64,000 nt of DNA, taken from the NCBI GenBank assembly GCA_973851085.1, contig OZ316776.1, positions 9,548,001-9,612,000 of the forward strand, in the 5' to 3' direction. The notes beneath the pieces are model-generated. The model was given only the letters and a program-made list of their open reading frames with translations, was not told the origin of the DNA and made no database searches. Positions 50,670 to 64,000 of the stretch are shown here, one piece after another. Position numbers and translations under genes: made by a program. This stretch comes from Ptychomitrium polyphyllum (lineage: Eukaryota). The first letter of the stretch is position 1. Every line of letters begins with the position of its first letter.

Positions 50670-52223
50670 CTGAAGGCCAGTTACAGGACAATTGAAAGCT
50701 TCTAAAAGCTTTTAGCTGTCAAGATAGATCTAATTTTCTTTCATATCCATACATGCAGTGTTTCAAGCATGAGCAAATTCTTGGATAGAAGAGGAAATTC
50801 TGAAGGATCCTTCTAGTCTTCCTTTCAGTTTCCTCTTCAATTCGACTTGCCATTTTTGTTGGAGTGAAGGTATTTTCTATGCACCAGCAAGAATTATTTT
50901 CTTAGTAAAGTGGAGCTCATGACACTTTCACCAGCTATTGAAGCTGCAGTAATGACTAGTGCGAACAAACGAACGGTAAGGCTTCGGTTGTGTCAATTCG
51001 TACATATGCTTAAATCACACCATGAAATCATCACTATATACATAGGCGTAGACATAGACAACTATAGTATTTTGTTCATCCTTGTGCCATATTGTCCTAC
51101 TTACAAAACTCCTTCAAGTCATTATTCAAAGACTAAGCTTCATCATTAATATAAAATTCCTTAAAAAAACTAGTTATTCATACATACTTATATATATAAA
51201 ACGAAAAAAAACTCTCCAGATAATAGGTCCCGCACTCATCCATGAAAAAAAGTCTTTTATTATCATTGAACAAACACTCATCCATCATTGGTACAAAACA
51301 CAAAGCACATAACCAAGAAAGGATCCAACCACGGCGATAGGACCCACACCCACACAGTGCCTACTGATCCACCAATTCTGCCAATTAGCGTGTTCCCTCG
51401 AATTCAAATCCCCCCGTTCCCCACTCCCCTCGAACGCGAACGCCCACCCTCATCCGCACCTATAGCGGCGTCGCGGGCGCGGGATTCCTCTCCCAATGCG
51501 AAACCCAGCCCCGAAACCCAGCCCGCGCCCGCGCCCGCGCACCCTCCGGAATAATCACCCAAAGCCGTCACTCCATCCGAAAACTACTACAGCGTCATCT
51601 ATACTTTCGCACATTTCATTTCTTATGGAATAGTGACATCCACAAAATTTGTAGATATTGTCAGATATAGGCTTACCGACGGGTTTGGATCATCGCCTTT
51701 CTTCAACCTTAGAGAAAGCTCACTCAAACCTTCTCTTCTCGTCTTTCGCACGGCTATGGCGCTTGCCGCTCCTCGCGTCCCTCCGCCTCCCCTCGCTGCC
51801 GCCCCTTCCTCCTCTCCCCGCAACCCCGTCTCGCTTTAGATCTCTACCTCTCTCTCTCCTTCGCTAGTGACGCTTTTCCGGACTTCATTTGGTCTTGTAT
51901 CGTGAATGTTAGGGTCTTTGCGGCCAATGTGTTCTTCCAGAGCGGCCAGTTAGGTTTCGGATTGGACTCTTAGGTTTGGAGTTCTTGGAGTGAGGAGGTT
52001 CTTGGTTGTGGAGTTTCGATTCTTAGTTAGGTGGAGTGGCTGCATTTTTGGTGTGGGAGTGGCTAGTGGATTGGCGAGGTGAGGGGGAAGTGTGGTGTGG
52101 TGTATTTGTGGAGGTGATTGAGGGGAGGGGAGGGGTGGGAGTGGGGGAGGGAGAGGGGCGCTGGTGGCGTGCGGCCTTCGGTCCTCATTTGTGACCTCTT
52201 TGGGGTGAAGAAAGAGTTCAGTA

Positions 52224-55200
52224 ATGGAAGAGGCTGGTGGAGCCGTTGTGGAGAAGAATAACTTTGCGCGGAAGTTGGGATCTGCTGATAGGAAGACGCG
52301 GGAGAAGGGGCTGTCATTGCTGGTGCTTTGGCTTTCGTGTCAGAAGGTAAGCAGCTGCGTTTTGTTACTGTTGTTTTCGCGTCCTTTTGCGTAGGGGTTG
52401 ATATACTAGTATGAGTACTTCCGCAATTTAGGTCTGCTAATAGATTCTTCCCATTGAATCTGTGATTGATTCGGAAGTGTGCTTAATTGTTAGCTTGGGA
52501 GTTGGCACTGTCTAACTATCAGCTTGAGGATGGCTTGGCAACGGCGATGGGAATGTTAGCTTTAAGTTTTCATGAACGCCAGTCATTTTGTGTGTTCGGG
52601 TTGCTAGTAGTGATTAATGATTTGTTGATAGAGGTTACGTGGTATAGTTGCCAATGCGGTTTTCTTAGAAATGGCAGCTCTATGAGTTCTATTCCATCAG
52701 GGTTGATCAAATTTGTGCGTGTCCTGGATATCTTCTTTCTTGTCGCGCTCGTTTTTCTCTACTTCTTGCTCGACGAAAACTAAAGGCTACAGGCTATCAC
52801 TGGCGCTTGTTTTTCTTTTACGTGTTCGCGGCAGTGAAGTAGGTCATTTGATAGGGAGAATGGATGCGTAGCTAGAGTAGGCGTAGCTCCTGGTTTTCCA
52901 AACCGTCTGATTCCCGCGGCGTGATGGCGTTGATATTTTGTAGGTTTGTCGAATTGGTCAAATCATGAATAAGTTAGGCGTTCCTTTGGTCTAGAGTGGA
53001 GCAATTCTATGTAAGCCAGATTTGGCATGCTGATAATTAAAGCCTATTTGGAGATCCATCTTGCTAGAATGGCCGTCCTTTCTTTTCTGCAGTAGAATTG
53101 AAGCATCTCTTGTTTTGAAGGATACTTAATTTAATTTAGTCAAGACGGAATATTACTGATGATTGCTTAATAGTTTTTGCTAATTTCATGTAGCACTTAT
53201 TTGGATGTGTTGCAGTTGCTCATTTTTTTTCTTTTTTCTTTTTACCCGGTGCTGTACTTTCTCTAGATTGGGACTTTACCTGGGAGTAACATCCAGTGCG
53301 TGAGTGATTTCAAGTTTCTAGTAGTGACATAAGTTCTGTTAAGTGTATAGAATTACACCCAGATAAGCTGGCGGAGATCCGAGTTTTTAGGGTTAGAAAG
53401 TTGAAGCTTTCAGAAAGTGTTCAGCTATTGGACCTTGCATTGCTGATGTAGGGTTGGTGACTGTCTCTGCTGAGGATCTTGATACTATTTAAAGCAGCAG
53501 CGTTTTAAAAGGACAGGTGCCTGTCTACTGTTTCTTTACTTCTGAACGTCTTGATCAGATCTGAGTTCAGAAGTTTCGAGTAATAAGATGTCTATTCAAA
53601 TTTCCTTATTTGTTTTGCCTTCGGAGGATATGGCTCCCATGAGGCCATGGTTTATTATCTAAGTTCTCGTTCTCTGTGTAGGATGTCGGGGAGGACGAGC
53701 TGAAGAAAATATGGAAAGGATTGTTCTATTGCTTGTGGCACTCGGATAAGGCCCATGTGCAAGGAGATCTTATTAACAAGTTAGCAGGTATTCTTGAAAG
53801 CTTGGACGCAGATATGTCCTTGGCGTTTTTCGAAGTTTTTCTTACTACTATGCGACGAGAGTGGGGTGGAATTGACAGGCTAAGGCTTGACAAGTTCTAC
53901 CGCCTCTTGAGGCAATTCCTGATAAGAGTGTTCACTCTCCTTCAGAAGAGCAAGTGGGACGAAGAAACGATTGGGAAATATATGAATGCGTTGGTTGAGA
54001 GGTCTTTGCTTGCCAATGACCAGTATCCAGCGTTGGGTGTGAACCTGCACTTTGTAGACATCTTTCTTGCTGAACTACGGAAGTTTCAGCCTTTATCTGC
54101 TGGTACGCTAAGGCTGATGCTGCAGCCATGTTACGCGACTCTTGCCAGTGTCCCCGACAAAACCTTGTTGAAGAGAGTCAAAGAGTGTGTGTTCATGCCT
54201 CTCCTGGAAGAAGCCCATACCTTCGTGAAAAATATGCAAGATGGTAGCGAAGTTGATGAGAGGAGCTTTGGACCACATGTTGTATCACTGCCATTAGGTG
54301 CCCGGCTTTTTGAGCTAGCTTCTTTAGAGTCCACTCCTCAGGCGAACCGAAAGGTTTTGTACGACATCAATGGCGAGTATGCCAAGTTGGACAAGCTGGT
54401 TGCTGCAGCAGGTATTGATTTGAGCACCATAAAGATTGGGGGTGCTTGTAATAGTGATATTGAGATGGCTGAAGTTCGTCCTAACGTTCCTACTAGGCAA
54501 TCAGCAAGGCAAGCTGGGAAGAGGGCCACGATGGATCCAGTCGATGTTGGCAATGGTGCCGGAAAGAAGAGGAAAGTGAAGGAAATCAAGGATGTCCCAA
54601 CTCCATATGACAACCCTACGGGCTCACCTATTTTGAACTTGGTGGAGGCTTCAGTTTCTGACGTTGTGAGTATCAACGGCAAAAAGAAAAACCAATTACG
54701 CTTACATCCTAAAAGAAAGAGTTCGACCTCACTGGAAAAGAGCGGCTTAAAGGAATCAAAACAAGGAGCTGGGGCGGAGAAGGCTGATGTTGAGTCGAAC
54801 GATGATCAAACTGTGAAGGTTACGGAAAAAAAGAAGAAAGGAAAGAAAAAAACTTTTACCGAGACTGCCCAAGTCAAAGCCTCGAGCAAGGAAAAGGGGA
54901 TCAAGAGTGTGGGAGTGGGGAAGAGTAGTCTTGTGCCAGCAGGTACGCATAGATCTCAGGCGTAGGTTAAGACGCAATGTCGTTTCTGAGTGACTGGTTG
55001 GTCGAAGCTGTGGCATTTCTCATTTGATGAGCTGGGAGCTGAGTATTGATTGCTTTTAGGGGTTAGCCCTTTTAGCAAGACTTTTGAGGTAGAGTGAACA
55101 AGGGGGGCTTATCAAGTATTACCGAGTTCAATAGGAAGGTTGACGGAATTCGGTTGCGAACATATTTTTGCCATGATGATCAAAAAGGAAACTTTTAAAT

Positions 55201-56039
55201 TTTCAATTTCAGCTCTACGTCTGCAACTACGTTGCTATGATTGTCCTTCTTTTTCATCCCTATGCTATGTAGTAAGAGCTGAGGCAAGGTGTTTCCACCT
55301 GGACTAATTCAAAATTTTCTATGAAGCAGTCGGAACAGGAGGCATAGTGGAGATCCCCGAGCAGAGTTTAGTCGTCACAAGTTTTGGAGTTGCAAACGCA
55401 TTGGGTGGTGAACAAGTGCAGCCAGGAGCTGAAGTTTTATTGGGGATGAGAGATGCAGATTCAGTGATTAATGTGAGTGTAGATGATTCTGTAATCTCAA
55501 ATTTGGAAGAGAAGTTTGCATCCATTGCCGCTGAGACAGGTCAAGAGGCTAGGTCCAATGGTTCATCTGGAGAAACGAGTCCTTTTGAATTCGTTGGCAA
55601 GAAAAAGCGGAAGAGAGGAAAGCTTGCGGAAGTTACTGAGCCCTCGTTGAGCGAGAATATTTTAATTTCAGGGCAATTGCTGACACCACTGGGAAAATCA
55701 AATGGAGTGGATCAGACGCCAGGGTCTACCTCAACAAAGAAGAAGAAAGTCAAGTTTATGCTGAAAAATAATATTGTGTGGAAGCCAAACAATCCTCTTC
55801 CTCCACAGTCCATGCGAACTCCTCCATCGGCCACGCCTAGAGGCAGTGCTCTGAAGAAGGGTGTACCTGCAGGACCAATTCGTGCGACACCAACACGCAA
55901 GATTGGTTCGGGTTCTAAGCGCCGCTCACCCAACCAAATTTTGTCTATTACGAAACAGAAGCCTGCAAGGTCTCCGAAGAGCTTATCCAAAGGTCCAAGG
56001 TTTGCAAGGCGAGTTCGTAAGTCACCGGGATCTTTATAA
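52224..56039 (+). CDS. RRP1: Ribosomal RNA processing protein 1 (RRP1/NOP52)
   Basis: Exons 52224-52346, 53682-54942, 55330-56039 are in phase. Nop52 motifs: FARKLGSADRKTR, KIWKGLFYCLWHSDK, REWGGIDRLRLDKFY. The Lys-rich tail contains KKKVKF…SP/TP…SALKKG. Confidence 0.93.
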
Positions 56040-59000
56040 GAGTTAGTGGCTTTAGGTAGTGAGATTTGTGATCACAAGTAAAACATTCTTTAGTGTGGTA
56101 GGAGTTTTCCGTGGAGTGAGAATTGTAAGCCCCTTATTTTGCTCCATGCCTCAGGCCACATCTGATATTTCCTAAGTAATACACTGTATGCATTGTGCTC
56201 GTAACATTCACAAGAGTAAATCCTTGTGGATGACATGGTCGAGGTCGTGCTTGCATTGCTAGATCCTGGCTTGGCGCTTACGGTCGCTGTGCTGTTATCT
56301 CATGTAGCCATGAGATGAGCTCTGAGATTGCGATCTCTTGGGCATCCAATATGATTTACGTAGTCTTATCCTTACCTAGGCACCGTCGCCTACTTGTATT
56401 TATGGCCCTGCGTGAATCAAAATTCTTCTGGATTCGTCAACTTCATACTCAGTAGTTCCAAGAAGCGAGTCGCTGAATATTCTTTTATTCTCACTTGACC
56501 ATTGATCGCCTTGTGAAAAGGTTCTCACCATGGAATGCGCACGTCAAGATTAGCTTAAATATTCCGAGCTTGACCAATGAACTTCTAGTCGCTGAGGTAC
56601 GTCAATCAATATGCCGAATTCCTATACTCTCCCTCTGCCTGTCATGGTAGCTGGAAAGCTTGTAGGTTGTCAGAAATGGACACATCAATTTAACTTTAGT
56701 TTGAACGTGCGATTCATGAAGCATTAGAACTACACTCTCTTCTTTTGTGTCAAATAATCATCATTAGGGAACATGACGAAGTCGAGTTGATACATGTATT
56801 TTGAAACTTTGTAATTATACCATAGGATAAGAGTCATTTGTGGACAAGTCTCGTAAGCGTTATGGTCCAGAGGTCGTGAATGGGAAGAGCCATACAATTG
56901 CCGGATTTAAACTACCCTTAACCCTTAAACGTCATCATTTTGCCTTCTTCTACGCTATTACCAAAGCGACAAAAAGAAATGCTAAATCTTACGACGATTG
57001 ATCCATCTGTTAATTTTTATATGGCTTCAAAGTGGGTAATCAAGAAATACTCTTCTCTTTATTTCTGTTTTAATTTCAAGTTTTTGCTCCTGTCCTACAA
57101 CGAATACGCAAGGATGTCACTCGGAGGGTTTACGAAACGATGAGGAAAAGGATTCCTAACTTCTAGGCGTAACAGCGATTACTGTTTTGGGATCTGACAA
57201 TGTTGTGGAACGATCCTGCAACAAAACCAGTACTGAGCTTATTTCCATCCACAGAGACGATAAACCAGTGGACTAGACAGTGATTGACTAGTGGACTAGA
57301 CTCTGATTGATCACATCAGGGTGGAAACGACGTGGACTTCGGAACTGTGAACCTCTTTCCGTCTTACAACTCTTACACCAACTGCTGTTGAGCATGAGGA
57401 GTGATGGCGGGATTCAAATCTGCTCAATCACGACAAAGCTTGCTGCGTTGAATTTTTTAATAAATTTTCGACCCAAGCAAAACTTTTTTACAGTGCGAAC
57501 TGCATTGGTTATCGCTCTCCATTGTAGACGATTACGTAGCAACTGTCAAATGCATGATAGCACGTAAATGGCTGGAGTGAAGTTTGGGTTTGGTCTCACG
57601 AGGCATCCTCTCCGTGTTGCATCGTTCAATCCTTACATGTTTGAAACGTGGGTTGTCGTCACTGGCACTACATGAGTGCTACTGGTGGCTTTGCTTTTTA
57701 TTCCAAGAGTTGTATCACTTCTGCTCCATGGTGCTCTTCTTCAAGGGTGCCTACTGCGAGTCCAGCTTCGTCTGCAAACTTGCGCGCTCAGTTGAAGGCT
57801 GAACTGAGCTGAGCTACCATAGTTTCATCTTCAGACGCTGAACAAACTGGAATCATTGCAGCTTTCATAATATGACAGGGGATTAAATTTCAGCTTGTGG
57901 GGCTGCTGGTGGTGACCTACCTTTGCAGCAGAAAATTGCACGTAAATGTACACATAGTGTTCTTAGATGAAGAATAGAGAGTTGACCTAAGAGCATTCTA
58001 GAGGAATGGAAAGAAGTATCCATTTTAGGTTTATGCACGTAGTACAGAGAAACCTTATAGTCCAAACATGTGTGTCTGTCTCTCTCTCTATCTGCATTTA
58101 TAAAATTTGTTTTTTACTTTTACTTTTTACTTTTTTGTTGTTGGCTTTTACTATTCATTTTTTTCTTTTGTATTTTTTTGCATTTAGAATTGTATAAAAA
58201 TATGCGTTAAATGCTATGCCTTACTTGTTAAACTTTGGTTCAATGAAGATGCCAGGTGAGATTTCATTTTCTAACTCAAGAACAAATGCCACCTCAATTG
58301 TATGAAATTTCAAAGCATTATATTATTGCCAAGTATATCTGGTTACCATTTTGAGTTGTTGATCCAATGAATACCATAGTTGATAACAAATTAGGCATAA
58401 AATAACTTGCAAGGTGATTGTTTATGAAGCTAGTGTGAAATTGACAAAACAATAGCCTAAGTTTTTTAAGTGTTTCATTTTTATTTTTCCATGTTGTTCA
58501 ACAAATATGAGAAATTTATTTCAAAAACTATTTCAATGAATAAGTTACTCAAATTTCATAGAAAATTGCAAAATTAAACTAAACCAAGTTACTTGTGCTT
58601 TTCCAAATGACAGCACATATAAAACCTAATAAAGCAAAAAAAATAATATAAACCATTAAGATAAAGTCTATGCACTTTCAAACTTAAACCAAATGAAATG
58701 GATCCTATTAAACTTTGTGAATATAAAAATGAATCACTTTTTTTTTATATAATGTTAATCAAGTGACAATTATACTACAAAGAAATCTTCACCTTCAAAA
58801 ATTTCTAAAAATTTGACAATCAAGCAATGCCCAATTTAAAAAATCTTCCATAATATGCATAAATTTAAATTTAAATCATATTTTTTACTAATTTGATGTG
58901 TATTTTTACTAATTTTTAGGCAAATGATTGCCTATCTATAAATAACACTAATTTAGGTTTATAATTTAAAATGCAATATTAACTAAAAACTTTGCATTCA

Positions 59001-61109
59001 ATTCTTTTTATACATTAAATCATCATTAATTGATCAACAAAGAATTAAACAAAGAATGTTTTTTTGTTTGTGTTTTGAAGGTATAAATCTTTTAAGTATG
59101 AAATTGAATATTCATAAAAAGTCAATCAATTGTAGATTTCTCTTATAATGATATTTATAATGTATGGTTTTTATTTATGTTTATAATATTAAAAATAATT
59201 ATTTGGTGTACACTTAAAAGAAGATTTAAATTCAAACATTCTATTATACATTCGAATATTATTTAATCCAAAGGATATCAAATGTCATTTTTTGACATTT
59301 TTAATAATTGAAAATTTTAGTCAATTTCTTCAATAAAGCCCTTTTTAATAAAATTTGTTGAATTAAATTTCAATTCAAGTAAGAATTTTGCACTAAAGAT
59401 CTTTCATCAATTCAAAGTTTTTATATGTATTAGGCAAGCATTTAATTAATTTAAGGATATTGAATTATAGTTGATTGTTTACTTTCATTTATACCTTAAA
59501 AATATTGATTTTTAGACTTCAAAACCTAAAAAAGCCAATGAATTAAGTAATTAAATTTGTATATTAATCGAGTTAAACATCACAAAACTTAGAAGATGTA
59601 CAAAAGAAAGATTTATTAAAGGCTTTTTGAACAAATTATATGGTTTACACATACTATAATCTAGAACAAAATAAATATACAATAGACTTATTAAGTATAA
59701 TTTTTATGCATTATACATATTGAGATGTTTAGATTGTTTGAAATTTGAAAATTAAACATTAAATATATATTAAAATATCCAATTGGTAATACAACTTGTA
59801 AAAGGAAATTTGGAAAATAAAAGATTGACGCAATTTTAAAATAAGTTAATTTAGTGCTTACAAATTATACAAATTAAGTTGAATTTTCATTTTTAAATTC
59901 ATCTTTTCAAGCGCTTGACTAATAAAAATACAATTTTTAATTCAATTTGAATTTTGTAGAATGAACGGCTATTATATTAACTTGAATATAAGAAATTCAT
60001 TAGTATCAAGCTTGAATTTATACTTTATAAAAGACTAGTTTTATTTTATTTAGTAATTTTATACTTTATACAAAAATAATTATAAAATATAAATTAAAGC
60101 TTATAAAGTATAGAATTAAGCTTAAGCTATATTTTTTATAGGTATTATAGAAATTGAATTTATACTTTATAAAAATATAGGAATTGTTAATATTAAACTT
60201 GAATCTATACTTTATAAGGTATAAGGTATAAAATATAGAATTGTTACATAGGATTTAAATTCCTTTTATTATGTAAGAAATATTTTTTAACTTCTAAAAG
60301 AAGTTATAGACCATAAAAACCAGCTGTGATTATACAATTGACAATTGCACTTAATTTTGATATATATATGTGCAGTTTTTTTAAAATTCATAATATTATC
60401 TTTATTAAGAAGAAAATTATGAAATTTTCTAATAAAAAATATGAGCTTCTTAAAGCCATCAAATTTGCATGAAGGTATAATATACATTGATTAAGATAAT
60501 ATAACAATTGTATATTGTAGTTGAAAATTATTAATATTAATAATATCATTATTTGATTGTAGTTTGTGCATTTTTAAAGGAATCATGCATTTTGATTGAT
60601 CCAAGTTCCATGATTTTATTAACAAATGTAGTTTTTATTAATTGTAAACAATGCATAATGGACTAATTACATATGCTTGACTTCATATTTTTAGTCCTCG
60701 TTTCTATACATCATTTATTTTAAAATTTAAGACTTGCAATTCTCTTGTAGCTTACATTCCTAGTGCTTATTATCATATAAATCAAATAAAACAATCCACC
60801 AAAAATTTGGAAGTTGGAATAAAAACTTGTGCCTAATCATTCCAGAGTCATATACCAAAAAGTCCTCATTTTAATAAATCTTGCTTTACTCCTAATCTTT
60901 AAATGCAAATAACATACTTCTAAAAACTCATTTTTTGGTAAAAAAATAAGTACTTCTAAAATCAAGGCTTACAAAATGTTTCAAGTCGAGAATCCATATA
61001 CTTGGTGGATGAAAAATAACATACAATAAAAAAAAGAAAAAGAAAAGCCTCTCGTTCATAAACTTAGAAACAACAATTGCAACGTTGAAATAAAATTCAT
61101 CAACAACTC

Positions 61110-61190
61110 ATCATTCTAATGTCATTGTGATGCCAAAAATGACATCACAATGACACCAAAGTAACATACAATATGATGTTGGTGGCATTT
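61110..61190. repeat. Short remnant of the AAAATGACATC-type repeat
   Basis: aatgtcattgtgatgccaaaaatgacatcacaatgacacc, which contains an internal inverted repeat. Confidence 0.4.
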
Positions 61191-62657
61191 CCAATACAAA
61201 ACACACACGAACGTCATTGCAGCAACATTCAGATCCACAGATCACTTTGATAGGTCACGAGTTCCAGTGCCATAGAATATGACACACATTGCATTCAGGC
61301 TGAGACCATACCCCATGCCCAGATGGACACAAAGAGAGCTTCTCCGACGCCAACGCCGAGAATGAAGTATCAAGCGATGCCAGATCTCAGATGCTCCCTC
61401 TCCTGAATAGTATACTCACCAGGCCTGCCAGCTTTCGCCTGCGCCTGCCCCCGCCACTCCCACCCCGCCACCTGGACAGCCCTACCCGCCACTCCAACGC
61501 CACACGGCACCCCCCAAGTGCCCGATCCCACCCCCACGGACCTCCCCGCGACGCTACTTCCACGTGGCGCCCTCGCCGCACTCCCGCGCGTGCCATGTCA
61601 GATGCCGGTCCCCCTAATACCGGCCTTATATTTGTCCGGCCCCATGACCAAGCCCGCTAAATCTATTTTCATGCAAATTAATCCAAAAGTACGTCCGAAT
61701 CCGCTGGACTGGATCGATCGAAAGCAGCTCCGGAGCGCCGACTGCAGGGTGCGATCGGCGCCTCGACGATAGTTGCTGATTTCGCAGCCGCAGCACTGGT
61801 GCTCCGCTGGGATATATAACTCGTGAGAATGGTGCTGCGATCGGTCATTACGTGGTGGTTGACTGGAGGTCCGCAGTTTGTTGGGGGCGAGATCGCGAGA
61901 GTTGCGTGCAGCGTGGGTGTTGTGTGAGGACGGCTGTTCGTAGCGGACTGGTGGATTTTGGAGTTTGCAGGTGGTTTTTGGAGCTTGAGTACGTCGATCA
62001 CCTGGTGAAGCTGCTTTCGATCACCGATCGTCGAGTCTGCGTAGGTGTGATGAGTTTCCACGTTGATGATTAGCATAGTGTCTTGAGAAGCCACGGACAC
62101 TTGCGGTTTCTCTAAAGTGCTGATTTATGTGGAGGAATGGTATTTGGTGTGTGTGTTCGAGGACCTTGTGTTATTGCTTCAACTGGATCGGAGCCGGATC
62201 TATATAATGGAGCTCGAAAGCTTGTCGTGGGTTAAACTAGTCTCCAAAAGTACTGAAATGAGCTACTAGTTGCAGCAATGATTTTATGGCTATGGAATCA
62301 CGAGTAGAGTCTGGCTTTTCTTGTGGAGTGTGATGGAATGGCATACGCTGAGTGCTTCAATCTGGGACAAAATTTGGTTTATCGTTGGTGTGACATTTTA
62401 GTGGCTATGGCCGATTCAAGCTCCAACGGACTTGACAATGGATATTAGCCATTCAAGCATAATTGCATCATTGAAAGGCTTGGTGCCTTGCAATCGTATC
62501 TCTCTCTAATTCATCTGTTCTTTGTCTAATTTCTAGTTCCTCCTGAAGCATCTGACTTCTTTAAATTTAAGATCGAAGCTGTGAAGCGCTTGTGTTGAAT
62601 CAATTATTGTAGTGAAACAGATATTCGGAAAGCGCCTTCAATCCAGCATCTAGCACC

Positions 62658-64000
62658 ATGGGAAGCGTGGAGATCGCCAAGGATGGCGGAAGTTCCGTGG
62701 ATACTTTCGGCGAATCCGAGTTGATCACTCCCTGGACCCAGATGGTCGCCAGGTATCTAAATTACTCCTAGCTCTTCTGAATCACTTACCCCACCGTCTC
62801 TGCTTCATGACTCTCACCATATTGTAGCGATTTATGCACTATACTACAAAATCCTCTGTTTTTTAAGCTGTTGCTGCAGTCTAGTTTGAGAGCAAGAGAT
62901 GAATCATGGAATTAATTAATAATGATGGCGGTGTTGGCGGTGCAGTGGTATGGAGTTGCTGCGCAATCCACGCTACAACAAGGGGTTGGCGTTCACGGAA
63001 GAGGAGCGCCGCTACCATTACCTCACTGGCCTTCTCCCGGCTGCTGTGGAGACCCAGGAGCTCCAGGTAAAGATCGGTTTTCAATTACGTGCCTCAATTT
63101 GGAAACACGGATATTGTTCCTTCTCTGTTTGAGCTTCATCCGCTTATTGCACGCACTATGTATTTATTTTTGAGTTTCGTGCATCGTGGTGGTTTCAGGC
63201 GAAGAGAATCATGAGAAACATCCGAAAGCTCCAGAGCCCTTTGGAAAAATACACCGCCATTATGGACCTTCAGGCACGCAAACCCTATACCTCCGACAGA
63301 AGCTGCATCATCCTCATTACGAAGTCCTGATCTTGTTATTTTTTTCAAAATTCTCGATATACATTTGGATTGAAACTAGCAAACCACATAAGCCATTGAG
63401 TCATTGGCAGAGCACAGGAAGATTGACACGAGTGTACATTCTTGTAGGTGAGGAACGAGCGGCTGTTCTACAAGGTGCTCATTGACAATGTGGAAGAGCT
63501 GCTTCCCATCGTCTACACTCCAATTGAAGGTGACGCCTGTGAAGATTACAGTGAACTCTTCCATAACCCCAACGGCCTCTTCATCTCACTCAAGGAAAAG
63601 TATGCCACCTCCTTCCATCCATATAACAAATCTAGCCACGAAATCAAAATGTGGGTCAATATGGTTCAATTCCTACAATGATTTGCATCACATCAACTCA
63701 CAGTTTTTCTCGTTGGCAGGGGAAGGATAATAGACTGCCTTAAGAATTTCCCGAACCAGGGCATTCAAGCCATTGTAGTGACTGATGGCGAGCGCATCCT
63801 CGGCCTTGGAGATCTTGGTTGCCAGGTTCAACTCCGACACTCTTGACCCTTGGTGTGTAATCTGTGTTTGATTAGCTTTGTAATGAGCTGTGCTTGCTTA
63901 GCTGGGAGCGCCCTAATGTTTGCAGCAGAAAATGTTTAACATGTTTTTGGTTTGGAATCAGGGAATGGGAATTCCGGTTGGTAAGTTGGCACTGTACACA
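62658..64000 (+). CDS. NADP-ME: NADP-dependent malic enzyme, 5' part (runs off the window)
   Basis: Exons 62658-62752, 62946-63066, 63199-63273, 63448-63599, 63720-63825, 63962->64000. Motifs: [74 protein letters not shown]. Confidence 0.95.

Noticed and set aside
58100..61000. Very AT-rich block with loose TGAATTTATACTTTATAA repeats (~60010-60240)
   Set aside because: Probably decayed repeat DNA. No ends, ORFs or regular period could be supported.

Overview
Eukaryotic, intron-rich land-plant DNA. Gene content, intron style and the AT-rich decayed chromovirus suggest a moss such as Physcomitrium, but this is inference. From left to right: an unidentified minus-strand exon (~0.4-0.75 kb); a decayed PD-(D/E)xK nuclease + kinase (Crinkler/CR-like) pseudogene (~1.2-4.0 kb); an intronless plant-specific unknown gene (-); a 7-exon aprataxin multidomain gene (PBZ zinc finger, P-loop kinase, permuted macrodomain, HIT, zinc finger); plastid Cu/Zn superoxide dismutase; an intronless ISN1-type IMP 5'-nucleotidase with a transit-peptide-like N-terminus; a full-length but dead Ty3/Gypsy chromovirus; an MRS2/CorA Mg2+ channel with a C-terminal EF-hand; RRP1/NOP52; and the 5' part of an NADP-malic enzyme. 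The most striking unexplained signal lies just 3' of the ISN1 stop codon. It is three diverged copies of a ~75-nt GC-rich motif with an invariant core and apparent compensatory base pairs, alternating with a second conserved hairpin and splice-like signals. It is a candidate novel structured cis-regulatory RNA. All exon boundaries were read by eye.
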